From Vicugna vicugna (taxonomy: Eukaryota): DNA of 64,000 nt. The DNA lies in contig MU058065.1 of assembly GCA_013265495.1 (NCBI GenBank), positions 5,430,976 through 5,494,975 of the forward strand, written 5' to 3'. The notes below the pieces were generated by a model. It did no database searches. It saw only the letters and a program-made list of their open reading frames with translations, and was not told where the DNA came from. Made by a program: the position numbers and the translations under genes. Below are positions 24,146-37,660 of this stretch, in pieces (position 1 is the stretch's first letter; the number at the start of each line of letters is the position of its first letter).

Positions 24146-26904
24146 ATCAATTCTGATCACTAGGTTTTGTGTGGTATATTCCTAATAACAGAATCAGAAG
24201 GATCATTGTCACCCTGGACAGAGCCACATGTAAATCCAGAGCTAGGCAGATTCTTGAATGCCTATCTCAAGATAAGACCACACCAAGAAAGGATACACAC
24301 CTTAACAAGATCTGCACTTCAGAAAAATCTTTCAAAACTGAAGTCGAATAGTTAAAGGCCAGATTAATTATCTGCCTCTCCTTCCTTAGGAGAAGAGGAG
24401 GGAAAAAAAGAAAAAACATTCCGTCTCACAAATGGAAAGATCTGGAAATGATACAACAGCTCCTTCTCTAACAGACACCCCCACACAGTGTATCACCAGC
24501 TATCAGATGGCCATCCGAGAGCTGAAGGCTTCAGAACATTAAATTTGCTTCTCAAAGGAACCAAATGTTAAACCACACCACACATGTCGTTAGTCTCCTT
24601 CAGCATTCAATTTTCTCTTCATCTTATTATTTTTAGGTAGGATTCAAAACACCCACCAGGGATATATTTTTTTTATAAGCGAGAACATTGTTTTGGAAGA
24701 AAATGTGTTCAACTCCTAATCATTTGTCAAAAATTTTTTTATATGAGATGTAGCTTTCTATCTTCTTAAAGTACAGTAAATTACTCATATTCAGGACATC
24801 AAAAATGTCACCCCTTTACTTAGGAAAAGAATAAAATCAGTCACACAATTATCCTCTCCATCATTCACAGTCCTGAAAAATCTTATAAAACTTATCTCTA
24901 TAACCCTTCCAAACCCTCTGCTAGAAACTGGTGTAAACCCTGAGAGTGTCCCCTCCCCATCTTCCACCTTTGTTCCAACCGTATACTTAAAACATCTGCT
25001 CTCCAGCCTTTATGGTGGAGAATCAAACTCAGTTAAGCTGGATTTTTTTTCAAAAGCTGAAAGTCTCTTCAGAAGTAATTTATAGAATAATCTGCTTTTT
25101 TCATCAGAAAACGATAAAAGAAAAAAAGGCATGAGGCAAAAATCTACTGACTTAATCTGCATCACCTTTCTGTAACCTTAACCTGTACTCGTATCAGGTT
25201 GGAAATTAGGAATTTAGTTGGCCAGCCTACATTTGAAACAGTGTTTCTTTCAGGGACACTGGATGGATCCATTCTCTTTTATAAACCATGGGTTATAGTA
25301 ATTACATCTGCCACAACCTAGACTTTAGTTTCCATCTTTAGGATAAGGAGAATTTCCGTAGATACTTAAGACTTATTTCTTTAACAAGCGTATTTGCCAA
25401 TGTAAGATACGCCACATTAAATCCAAATATAAATTTAAATGCCTGAGATTTGGCCAAGAAACAGATTGGGTATCAAATGAGAACATCATGGTATTTCACA
25501 CACTTATGTGTTAATTACTCCAACTAGGATTGATTTCCCCGAAGGCATTTTGCTTGACATCCATCAATTAGTCCTTTTGTGGAAATCGAAGTCATCTAAT
25601 CAGCTGCAAAATTCAGAAAGACTGATAAGCATAATTACGGCTGCTCTCTCTATTTTCTCATGGAAGACCTTTGCCATAATCCATCTCTATATCCAGCCTC
25701 AGGATCTTTTAACTCCCAAATAGATGCCCCCAACACCACCTCCAACATACTCTACAACCCCAGCTCCCACACCATCTCTAAACCTACGTTTACTCCCTTA
25801 ATCTCTGCAGTCAGCAGAAGAAGAAAAACACAGGCCAATCCATTTCTGCAGGTGGACCCTGTGGTGACTCAAAGGCTGGGTCTGCCTGTAGGCAAATGCA
25901 CAATGCAATGAGCAGCAGAGGGAATGAGGGAATCTGCAAACAGCATCTCTGCATCTCCTAACACCAACTTAATAAGCAGAGGCACTGATTTTGCCTTTTT
26001 TCAAGAATTCACTACACATAGTAATTATTTAAACCATGTCATTACGAATGTTTTCCCAATATCATTTTTCAAATTGGTCCACCTGTAGGTATACCATGGG
26101 GGGAGGCAGAGCGAACTCCCCTCCACTCCATCTCCATGCACGGAGGCTAATGCCACCCTAGGGTTGCCGATGCAGAACCCAAGAAGGGCCACAGCCTGAA
26201 CACTCCAAGGGTGGGCCAGCGCTTTGGAATCCTTCAGCCCACATGTGCCAACAGCTGCCTTCCCCCTCCTCACCCCCTCAATCCCTAAAAGAGTAGGGCT
26301 GTGACCATGCCACTTTGGAACACCTCTTACATCAAGCTGCTGCCAATAAACCCTTGCTGATGGGCCTGATGACTGCACTCTGAACCCTGGAGGCTCGCAA
26401 AGCCCGTCTCCTCCTCAGCCAGACTTTGCTCACCACAGAGTCCGGGGAAAAGATGTCTGAGGTCACCCACCTTCACTCTCCCTAACTGCTAAGTGCAACT
26501 GTCGAGGAGAAATTTAAAAAGAGAAAGAAAAACAGCACAGAATATGACACTTCCAGTAAGACTGCTCCTCAGCAGCTCCCCCAGGATTCACGGCTGACCA
26601 TACACGAGTCCTTCCCTCCACTGGGCTCCTTCTGAGTAGCCGTGGGTCCCACAAGCTTAGAGATGAAGAGAGAAAGCAGGAGGCCAGGGAACATGTAACA
26701 CCGAGGCCCAGATTCTAAGAGCCAGAGTGACTTAAAAAAGGTCCTCTAACCAGCCATTTTGTTTTACAGATGAAAGCACTATGGCCAAGAGAGGGTAGGT
26801 GTGGCTTACCCAAGATTAACCTGGTACTAAAACTGATTCTATGCACCTTCCTTCCTTTATCTTCCAAGATACATAGCTCTAAATTACCAAACCAATACTA
26901 CCAA

Positions 26905-27070
26905 CAATAATAATAACATACTATTTGTTGTGTGCTGTTTACAGGCACTGTGCTGACTGCCTTTCACAGGTGAATTCGTTTGAACCTCACATCCTATAAG
27001 ATACATACTCTTTTATTCCCATGTTAGAGATGAAGAAACTGCAGCGTGTTTAATCCACTGGCTGGAGGCA
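26905..27070 (-). mobile_element. MIR SINE
   Basis: AATAATAATAAC...AGGCACTGTGCT...ATTCCCATGTTAGAGATGAAGAAACTG. Confidence 0.75.
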
Positions 27071-27804
27071 AATAGCACGTAGATGAAAGAGCCTGCCCCT
27101 TTAGCCATATATCCTATACACACTGACATTCGACATCCCTGTTGTGATGCTGGGCACATCCTGAATCATCACTATATGCATTACTTTCAGGATCCTTGCA
27201 GATCTTCGGTGGTTAGAGAGAATCAGAATAACCCATTTTCCCAAAATATCAGAAAACAGATTGCAGCTACCTTCCCACGAGTAGGGTCTGGTCTGATAGA
27301 CTAAGTGCTTCCGTCCTCCAAGCTCCAAGCAAGACAGATTGTCTACAGAAAGGTCAAGTCCACATGACATAACCTTGAAAAGACAAACTCTTGTTTGGTA
27401 TTTAAAGGACATCTCAATATTTTCTACATACATTTACATTGCCTCCAAAACGCTTTTCTCCCTATCACCTCCAGCAGGCATGGGCAGCCAACTCTGCCTT
27501 TGAGAGCCTAACACCAATACATTCACCCAGCTCACAGCATCCCAGAGCCGGGTCCATGTGCACCAGCAACCCCCAGGGTCCACAGGGGATCCAGAGCAGA
27601 CTTTCCACTCAGTTGCACGTCAGCCCCACCCCTTGCACCTAGAGAAAGAGGGCATACAGATTTTCTGTTGAAGAAGTCTGTTCTGGGATGCTCTGAAATG
27701 TATGAAGTTGCAACAGAGATAACTGAGCTGGGTTCTCCATACCAGCAATACTCCCTGTCTGGGAACATGAAAGTGGCTGGATGGAAAGACGTTCTTCCAG
27801 AGGC

Positions 27805-28005
27805 AGGAAACGGTAGTGGTTAAAGAAAATGGGCTTTGTAGTCAGACCTCAGTTTAAGTGTTTTCCAAACTTAGAGATCTTGGGCAAGTTGTTAACCTCT
27901 TTGAGCCTGAGTTTCTCCATCTATAAAAGGGGAACTAGTGTGCATTAAATGAGATAAAAGACTGTGTCTAGCCCAGTGCCTAGCACGTAGTAATACAATT
28001 ATCAT
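27805..28005 (+). mobile_element. MIR SINE
   Basis: TAGTGGTTAA...TTGGGCAAGTTGTTAACCTCTTTGAGCCTGAGTTTCTCCATCTATAAAA. Confidence 0.8.
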
Positions 28006-28847
28006 TCTTCATGTTTTTGTTAAATTCACCCCACCTCTTTCCAGTGGAGAGAGAATTTCTCCTCATCTTCATTCCAGAAGAGGAAAGAAGGATAAGTTGG
28101 GTGGAGGAAGGTAAAAAAATTAGGCAGAAAATTCTACTGCCAGTGGATCCCAAAGCCAGGAGAGTCTAGGGAATGACTCTAAGTCTGGGCACAAAAAGAG
28201 AATCCAGCCAATTATACCTACTTCCCAGTACTTTTCAAATACATATTTATAGCATATGTTTAGGTGTTTATGCCATATATATAATTAGCCATTTTTCTTT
28301 GGTGTATCCAGTAATTATTTTATCAAATGCACATCTGTTTTAATTAGGCATGTACACACTTTACTATACTGTAAAATGTCAAACACACTGTGAAATAGCT
28401 CAGAGTACATTAACACATAAAAACAAAAACTCATTTGACATATCACAAACAGCTGCAAGAAGCTCAGACCCAACCAGCTGCTACTCGACAACGTCCAGCC
28501 AGCGGCTGTGCCAGCGGGTCCTTCAGAGATGGCTCCCAGGCCAGAGCCGCACTTTCTCTTTTCAGCTCTCTTGCCTCAGCGAGACAGTCAGATATGGTGT
28601 TTGGGGAAGCATGTGCGGCTGGGCTGGTGTCACACGTGCCAATCTGTCTTTAGCTTGCTGAGCTGGAAAGTCTCGCTGCTGCTGATAATACCAAATCCCT
28701 CAAACGCAGAGGGGCTTCAGCTGCCAACTGGTCGACTGCCTCATTAGACAGATGGGGACACCAAGAACAGAGGGAGGAGCTGAGTTAGTGAATAGACTGG
28801 GGTCATCCTTAGGTCATTCCATGCCCAATCCAGTGTGCCTTCTACTC

Positions 28848-28995
28848 CAGTGGTTTCCAAACCTGACTGTGCATCAGAATCATTGGGTCACTGGCATAAA
28901 ATGCCAATTCCAAGGCCCACTCTGACCAAGAATCTTGTATAGGAGGTCTGAGGTGCAGCCCAGGAATATTTTAACAAAGACTGCTGGTAATCCCA
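28848..28995. mobile_element. MER5-type hAT MITE
   Basis: CAGTGGTTTCCAAACCTGACTGTGCATCAGAATCA...GGTCTGAGGTGCAGCCCAGGAAT. Confidence 0.75.
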
Positions 28996-29004
28996 AAGCT
29001 ACTT

Positions 29005-29870
29005 TGTATGAAGAGTCTGTAAAGAACTCCTACAATTTAATAAGAAAAAGGTAGGCAACCTGAGACTTACATAAACATTCTAGAAAGTAAGATATAAAAA
29101 CAGCCAATGAGCATATGAACAGTGCTCAATTTCATTAATCAGGAAAATGCAAATTAAAAACCACAATGAGATATTTCACATCCACTCACACAACTAGAAT
29201 TAAAAACATCAACACCAGCAAATGGTGGCAAGAATATGGAGCAACTAGAATTTCACCCACTGCTGGCAGGAGGGGATCATAGCCCAGCCATTTTGGAAAG
29301 CCATTCGGCAGTTTCTTATGAAGTAAAATATGCATCTGCCCTATGTCCCAGCAACTCCATCTAGATATTTCCTCAAGACAAATAAAGACATATGCCCAAG
29401 AATGTTCACAGCAGCTTTATTCATATTCTCCAGGAAACAACTCAAATGGCTATCAACAGAATGACGGATAAACAAATTGTAGTATATTTGTACAAAAGAA
29501 TACTACTCAGCAATAAAAGGAACTACTGATATGTGCAAAATAATGGATGAATCTCACTGACATCATGCTGAGTGAAAGAAGCTGGACACAAAAGAGCACA
29601 CCGCTTATGCTTTCCCATTTACATATGATTCCATTTATATAAAGTTGTAGAATGATTGAAGCTAATCAATGGGGACAACAGTCAGAACAATGATTGCCTG
29701 TGGAGAAGGATGGGTTTGATTGGGAAGGGATTTTCTGGAGTGATAGAAATATTCTATACTTTCATAGGGATGCAAGTTACATGGATGTATACATTTATAA
29801 AAACTTATCAAACTGTACATTTAAGATCTATGGTTTTCATTATACATATACAATACCTCAGTTTAAAAGG
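29005..29870 (+). mobile_element. L1ME-type ORF2 end and 3' UTR
   Basis: AGGAAAATGCAAATTAAAAACCACAATGAGAT, AATGTTCACAGCAGCTTTATTCATA, TGGATGAATCTCA. Confidence 0.85.
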
Positions 29871-29904
29871 GAGGAGATACATATATAAATACATACATAC
29901 ATAT

Positions 29905-30053
29905 ATGCATGCAGAAGTAGCAATTGCTACAGGAACCTATTTTTACCAAATTATTGCTGTCTTCCCTCCCTGATTCCTTTCTTTACTCCTTTACTAGTAT
30001 TGTATTCAAATCCTTGTCTCAGGCTCTGCTCCTGGAAAACTCAATCTAAGACA
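29905..30053 (+). mobile_element. ERVL LTR (LTR16-like) 3' fragment
   Basis: TCAAATCCTTGTCTCAGGCTCTGCT...AATCTAAGACA end motif. Confidence 0.5.
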
Positions 30054-31248
30054 GTCACCTTGCCCGTGAGTTTGGGATCTGAGATTTGAAAACAGGTCTT
30101 TTTGATTCTAAATTCTCAATACCTCATGCTGCCTCTGACATACTCTTACAATGAAAGACTTGATCATACCGTTATCAATCTATGATAGATCAAGTAATCA
30201 AAAAACAAAAAAATATATTTTTTAATTCATAAGGTCAAACTGGCATATATTGGAATATATATATAAATATATACGTTTTTACATTCTCTGCCTTACAGAG
30301 AACACAGCCCATTTTTAAGCATTGTACTGAAAACCCTTAATATAGTCTAAAAATTAGAAATGATTTAGGCCACATTCTCTTAATACAATACAATAAAACT
30401 AGAAGTTAATAACAAATATTTAAATAAAAACAACCCAAAAGAAACCTTTCTAAATCCTGGGGAATTAAAAAGAAAGATGTCTCTTCTAAATAATGATAAG
30501 GTCAAGGCAGAAATAAAAACTACAATAGAGATAACTGTATACACATACATTTAAAGGATATGGCTAAAGCTGTACTTTTTTATAATATGTAGCCTCAAAT
30601 ATTTCATACCATTTTAAAAGAAAGTAAGATGATAAAGTTTTTTAACTCAAGAAACCAAGAGAAAAAAAATGACAAAATGTAACTCAAGCAAGGGGAAAAA
30701 GATAATGAAGATAAATAAATACATAAATGAATTTAAAAACAGAAAAGCAAAATTGATAGATGATACCAAGAACTGGTTCTTTGAAAATTCAATAAAACAA
30801 ACAAATCTCTGGATAAGCTAATCAATAAAAACAGAAGGTAAAATCATAAATAAATATATTTAGTAATGAAAGATGATAGAGGAATAGATACAGAAAAGGT
30901 TTTTAAATTATAAGTGAAAAATTCACCAGGTATGTAAATGGATTAGCAAATCTCAGGGAAATGGATAACCCTGGCAGGGGCAGGAATGGGTGAGGAATAA
31001 CAAATTGACCCAAGAATAAATCAGTTCATTTTTAATTATCCCCAACGAAAATTCTGGAGCCATGTAATTTTATAGGTAAGCTCTTAAAAAATCCTCAAAG
31101 AGCAGAAAATCTCATACCATATAAGCCATTTCATTATACAACAAAAAAGAATTATTCAATTTATTTCATAAAGTTTTCTTAACTGTGATACCAAAACTGA
31201 TGAAATAGTGCATATACACACATGCATATACACACAAAAATAAAGACA

Positions 31249-31777
31249 TGTTAACACAGCAGGCCCAAGGCTGCTAATTTTTAAAAAGGCCTATTTACAA
31301 GATTGGTCCTTGGCTGGCACCCGGGAACTTAGAATTCTGGAGTTTCCCATCCCCCTAACTGGTAAGAGTGGCTGACTGTACCTAAACTGCTTATGCAAAC
31401 AATACGTTTTATGTCGAACACCAGCTTTCCACCTGGCAGTCCGGAATTCTGGTACATGCCTAGCAGAGGCTGCCCTCCTGATCAGCCTCTATGGAAATCC
31501 TAGACACTGACTCTAATGAGCTTCCCCACTAGACATGATGTCACATGCTTTGTGACACTTGCGGGAGGAATTAAGTGCATCCCACGTGACTCCACTGGGA
31601 GGGGACACTGGAAAGCTTGTGCCTGGTTTCCCCCAGATGTCACCCCATATGCTTTTCCCTTTGCTGATTTTGCTCTGTTCTTTCACCATAGTAAGTCATA
31701 GCATGAGTGTGACTATGCACACACTGAGTCTGACAAGTTCTGCCCTCAAATTAACAAACCTGAGGATGGTCAACACA
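31249..31777 (+). mobile_element. MER68-like ERVL solo LTR
   Basis: GTTAACACAGCAGGCC...CCTAAACTG...GGAGGAATTAAG...GACTCCACTGGGAG...TTTTCCCTTTGCTGATTTTGCT resembles the recalled MER68 consensus. Confidence 0.8.
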
Positions 31778-32581
31778 ACAGGCAAAAGCCTTTATATGTA
31801 GATGTTAAAAATTCTAACTAAGATAACAATGAACATTAAAATAATAATTTTCCAAAGCCGAGTTTCAGCTTAGTAAAATGAGTATTAAACATCCAGCATT
31901 AGAAAGAAAAGAATCTAGTAATGTAGAAGCTCGTATCAATCTGGTAAGTCTGAAAACCAATGGTCTTATCAGAAGAGGTTGAACAGACATTTGATAAAGT
32001 CTAATACTGAATCCAAACATATTATTTTAAACTAAAAAATTAAAGGCTATTTTATTGAGTTTCCTTTATCCTGAATATGATGAAGAATATCTTCAAACAT
32101 TCACCACCAAAATACAAAACAATATAGCTCCTAAAGCCAGCCCTGCTTAAAACTGAAGCCAAAATAAGAATTCCCACCATAACCACTATAATTAACATTG
32201 TCTAGAAACTTTTCAAGATGCAACAAAATCTGAAACAAAAATAGGAAGTATTAGTTTTTTAAAAAAGGAGGAGACACTTACGTGCCTAGAAAATTCGAGA
32301 GTTTGGAAATTTTTCTGAGTATCAGAAATATATTTTAAGAAGTGATCACCCCTACTTTGTACCATGTATCAGTAATCAAAAATACAGAACAATGAAATAG
32401 ACTATACACAAAAGCCAGAAAAACGACACAATACCTAGAAATAACTTTTAAAAGCAACATGAGTAGTCCTTAAGAAGTAAATTAAAAATTCTTTTGAATA
32501 TATGAACAACTTGAGGTATTTCTTGCATGAGAATACTGAATAAGTATTAAGCTACCAATTCTTGAGTTAATTTATAGTTCT

Positions 32582-33142
32582 TGTATAATGAGACACTGAA
32601 TATCAAAAGGACAACGGCCAGATCCTACGTAGAAACACAACTCTGACTCACAATCTACAGCAAACCTGCCTAGGAGACCTAACCCTCATCTAAAACACGG
32701 CCCAGGAAGCCAGGCTGCTCTAAATTAGACTTGTAGGAAATCAGACTATTATCTCCAGTAACAATCCAAGAAGTTAAACAATAATTTCTGTAACAATCAG
32801 CTCCAAATGGCCAGGACTTAATAACTGACAGCTTCCCTCATTGTTGCCCCCACTTACAACTTAGGACCAACCAGAGAAAGCCAAGTACGTACCCCTCACC
32901 AATCACACAGGACGCCCCACTTCTAGCTCATCCACCTCTAGCTTCTCCAGGCCAACCACCTGCAATCCGGGCACACCTGCAGCCTTCCTCTTTTTCCACT
33001 ATGAAGTTTTCAAACTCCTCTGCCTACCTTTGAGGGTCTGCCAGAACACAAGCAACGAGAGCTGATTCCCATGCTGTAAAAAAATCTCTGAGTAAACAGC
33101 CTTTGTTTGCTCTCATTTGGTTGGTCTTTGTTTATGTCCACA
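32582..33142 (+). mobile_element. MER89-like ERV1 solo LTR
   Basis: TG...CA termini; CAACTTAGGACCAACCAGAGAAAGCCAA, CTCATTTGGTTGGTCTT...CCACA resembles the recalled MER89 consensus. Confidence 0.8.
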
Positions 33143-36100
33143 ATAGTATCAAACAAATCCCAGTAAGACTTTTTTTAACCTTGGCAAAATAATTCTAAAG
33201 TTCATCTTTAAGGATAAACATCTGAGAATAATCAAGAACATTTTTTAAAAATGAAAGTAATGAGAGGGTACCGGCTCTCCGGTGTTTTAAAACAATCAAT
33301 TAAACAACACATATATTTAGCCTGGAGCCAAATACTAATATATGTAAATTTTCAGTAGCTAAAAAGGGTCATTACAAATCAGTAGAGAAACGAAGATCTG
33401 TTCAGTCAATAAAATTGTGACAATAGGCCAGTCAGGGGAGAAAGTTCATATAAAACAGTATCTCATAAATGTTTCAAACCAAATTCTAGATAAATTAAAA
33501 AGTTAAATATAAGAAGTTAAATATAAGAAGTTAAATGATTAAAACAAAACTATAAGAACATGCAAGTGAACAGTATGTAATCTCTAAATGTCTAAAAGGA
33601 ATGAAAAAAATAAAAGGAAACAATAAATTTATAATTCATGATTTAAAAACAGAACAAAAATAGAGTAAATACCATACAAAAATTGTGAACATCATATATA
33701 TGTGGGGCATTGGTGAATAGCTCAACAGATAAATGGACAAAGTGCATCGGAAGATCACAAGCAAAAACAGAACAGCAAGCCAACGAGGAAAAATAGGGCA
33801 ACGATTTAAGTAATAAGCTGCAGCTTTTTAGCTCTAAAATTAGGTATGTTCTTAAAAATAGGATAACCCAGTGCTGATGAGGTAGAGTGAAAAGAAAACT
33901 CACTGCTGGGTGGATTGCAAGTGGTATAATCTTTTTGGAAAGTGTTTTGGCAAGGCGTAGGAAGAGCTTGAAAAATATTCCTATCAGTCAAGCCATCCAG
34001 CCTAAAAACAGGAAGAAAAAAAAAGAATCATGTACAGAGATGCTGAATGCAGTACTATTTATAATAACAAAGAGGTTGGAAACAACTGAAATGCTTCAGA
34101 ATGGAAGACTGGATAAGTAAATTACCGTACATTCAAAAGAAAATGTCATTCGCTTATTCTCAATGTTTATAGAGAGTTTTGGGTAATATGGGGAACTGCT
34201 TATGTCAAATAGAAAGCCAGAACGCAAAAAGCATATTCGTATGTTCCATTCCATATGATCTCAAAAATGTAAACAATTTAACACATTTAAATGCTATACA
34301 TGCACATACACATATGTATGGACGTACAAAATGTAGCCTGACTGTGTCAGAATGGTAGAATTATGGGGGACCTTTTGATTCTTTTTACTTTTCACCACAC
34401 TTTTCAATTTTCTAATTGAAAAAAGATGGGGAGGAGGCTTTTGTTCTAAAAAAATGAAAAATAGTTTGTCCATGATTCTTGTACCAATATTAGAAGAGAT
34501 TTTGGTTTTGTTTTTTTTAGAAAATGATACAATACATGTTGGTGCCTGGGGCAGAGGATTACCTGATTAAATAGTGCTGAAGAGGAAGGTCTCCAGAGGT
34601 AGATGCACTCCCTCCCCATTCAGGCCTAGATGACATAATTACCTTGGAAGAGTCCCCACAACCTTCCGGAAACTGCCGGCTCTTCCTATGTGTAGCCAAA
34701 GGTGAGCTTTTAATCCTAGGGCACACCTAACTCTAAAACAGTTGTGAGAAGTTTTCGAGTTCTCATTTTTTTTTCTGACTTTTGAAACCACTTGTGTGGA
34801 GTTCCACCCATGATTTGCAATGATAAAGACTCTTTTAACCCTCTGGTTTTAGCCACATGCTGTAGAAATTAGTATGAGAGTGACAGCCTGTAATGCAACT
34901 TCACCAGGGGAAAAGCCCATGCAGTGCCACATAACGCAGAACAAGGGATGTTTCCAATCAATAACCTTGGCATCTCCCTAAATCTTTGTGTAGCTGTTCT
35001 TGTCTGGGCCTGGAATACGTATTCAGTTCATCATCTGCAGGAGGCAGGCAGCATGTTTAATCATAATATAACTGATCAGAACTGCTCTACAAATGTCAAG
35101 TGCCAGCTCCATTGTCTGCTATTTTTCTAATCAATCCCTCAATTCCCCGCATGCCTTATTAGCAAGGAATCTCTCTTTTGAGACTCCTCTCACCCTCTGA
35201 TTAATCCAAACTGGCTGAGAACATTCCCCCCAGAAGGCGATTCCAGTGCAGGTGACCACAGCTCTTCCCAGGAGTCCTCAGGGCTCAGCTCCTCTGAGGG
35301 AGCACCCATGCTGGGGCCCAAGGTTTAGCTGTCAATGCTTTGTTTCACTAATGGGGCCACATCCAGCTAACACTTGGGTCCAGAAAGCAGAGTTCCAAGG
35401 CCCCTTTCACCCGCTAGGATCCTTGCCCAGAGGTATGGACTTTGTCTTCTGAATCCTAAAAATACAAAGAACATAACTAGACAACATCTCCCCAAAGAGG
35501 CTGCTCTTTCATCTTCTAAAGTGAGCTCCCAGGACCCTCCTCCTAACTTCTTGAGACCTTCTAAGTGATTCTGGGTGCCCATGTACCACCTGCTCTTCTG
35601 AGGGTTCCCCTGATGGCTTTTTGGCAGAGGAGAAGAGAAAATGCACAAATGTACCTCTGCTCCAGTAGAAGTCCTTCCTTGGCCATGGGATTTTCCGTGG
35701 CCAGTCACTGCTGCCATCTTTCCCCCATTCGGCAGGAATTTGAAGCTCAAAACCTGGCCTGAGGTCACACGGCTAAGCTTCTTTTTATAGTTTTCTTTCT
35801 TCCTGTCCAAGCCCTTGCCCTCTTATTTCTTCCATCTCCTCTCTCCCAGTCATCTTCCTCTTCTCTATCTTTTTATTCATCAGCAATATTCATTGAGAAC
35901 AAATATAAATCCAGTATTGTACTAGAATGCAAATGATAAAGGAATAAGACATTTATTCATGCTCTCAAAAAGTCTGTAACCTAGTTATAGAAAGAAGATT
36001 GGCAAAAGACATGAAATAATTGCATGCTAATTTTATTTCTATTTACTGTTTTTTTCTCTACCATGAACTCCATGCTTTCCCTTATCTCTCCTGTTATAAA

Positions 36101-36409
36101 AAGAGTTGACTCTTTTTTTATATCTCATTATTATATACATCATTCAAAAAAAAAAGCTGAACTGTAACTGCAGTTTACAGAACAATAATAAAGTAAACAC
36201 CTACGTACTTTCCATTCTACTTAAGTCATACAAATATTTCCAGCCAATGGCTGCCCCTTAGTAGGTAAGATAATTTATTTCTATGCGTGTTTCAGAATGG
36301 ACAAATTTTGCAAGACTGAGCATTCCTCCAATTAGAGAAGAGGTGAAAAAAATAAAACAGTGCAGTCAGACATATGCTTTCTGTGGGCAGCCTTATGGTT
36401 CAGATATAG

Positions 36410-37250
36410 CGTGTGACAGATAGCCAAGAGCTACAGGGCTTTGATTGTGACATATTGTAGAGTGTTGGAGGAATGAGGGCTGATCAAGGGAAAAGATATA
36501 ATCATGAAAGGCAGGAACACACAAGTTTTACTGGGAAGCACTTGGACAGAGCTGCATGAGAAGGGAGATCCCTCCCAGCATGAGACTGTCCACAGGAGGC
36601 TGTTACTTGGAAGGGGAGGAATAAGGAAACTCCTGGGAGAGAGGGGTCTGGAGGGGGGCTTACATGTCTCGGTGGTGTCTAGGTTCAGCAGGATGTCAAG
36701 TGGTCTCTCAGTCAGAAAACTCCAGAGGGCCTTCACAGCTTGATGTCTTATAAACACAAGGCTCTATCTTATCAACGGCCAGCAGATGTGGTGGGAAGTT
36801 TCTCGTGATACGCAAAGCAGGCAGGTCCTAAATGGCTAAAATATGCTTGTTTGGGCTATTTTTAAATTGTTTTTAGCAAATAATTTTTTTTATTTTATTT
36901 TTTACTGAAGTGGAGTTGATTTACAGTGTTGGTTTCAGATAAACAGCAAAGCAATTCAATTATACATATACATGCATGTGTTTTTTTTCAGGCTCTTTTC
37001 CATTATATGTTATTATAAGAAACTGAATATAGCTCCCTGTGCTATATAGTATGTCCTTGCTGTTCATCTATTTTATATACAGTAATGTGTGTTTGGGCTA
37101 TTTTTTAAATTACTGGATATATAAAAACTTGAGTTTGGCACAGGAGGGCTTTTGAGCTAATGGGTATCAGTCTGCAATGAAGAAATAAACAACCTAGGGT
37201 CCAACATACAGAAGCCGTCTTTGGCCCATTTATATAACACAAGCCTATCT
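36410..37250. mobile_element. Probable old LTR (family unassigned), interrupted by a short L1
   Basis: LTR-like composition; sequence continues across the L1 insert via a duplicated target site. Confidence 0.35.
36869..37089 (-). mobile_element. Short 5'-truncated artiodactyl-type L1 3' end
   Basis: TTTACTGAAGTGGAGTTGATTTACAGTGTT...GAATATAGCTCCCTGTGCTATA; flanking duplication TGTTTGGGCTATTTTT(T)AAATT at 36848-36868 and 37090-37111. Confidence 0.85.
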
Positions 37251-37606
37251 ACTTGGTACAGCGGTATCCATCTCTTCCCTTGGAAGAGACCCCCATCATC
37301 CACCTGTGGTTGCTGCCTTCATGCTAATTCCTTGCGCACCCACGCTGTCAATCTGACTGTCAGCCAGTGGGTGATGCTGGGGCAAAGGGGTGGTTCTTAC
37401 CAAAGAAGGCGCCTGGGCAGACCCTGCGCCAGAGTGCTGGCAACAGCACCAGCTCTGCACGTCAGCCCCAAGGATGCTCTGTATGACAGGGCAGAAAGGA
37501 CAGGAATCTTTGCCTCTTTCTGACCATCAGGGTTTGCTGAGAACAGGCAACCTAGACTAATGGCCTTGCAGGTATCTGCAAAAATGGACTCATTCTCTCT
37601 ATTTCT

Positions 37607-37623
37607 ACACACACACATGTGCA

Positions 37624-37659
<36 letters not shown>
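37607..37659. repeat. (CA)n microsatellite
   Basis: Seen directly. Confidence 0.95.

Positions 37660-37660
<1 letters not shown>

Larger units (their letters stand above)
30220..34425 (+). mobile_element. Decayed old L1 ORF2 body and 3' UTR, hosting two solo LTRs
   Basis: GAACTGGTTCTTTGAAAA, AATACCTAGAAATAAC, ATTCTAAAGTTCAT and other ORF2 landmarks in colinear order. Confidence 0.75.

Noticed and set aside
33500..33536. 14-bp tandem duplication AAGTTAAATATAAG x2.6
   Set aside because: Simple slippage duplication within decayed L1
35367..35810. 147-aa minus-strand ORF
   Set aside because: No recognisable domain, TTG start, no supporting splice or promoter context
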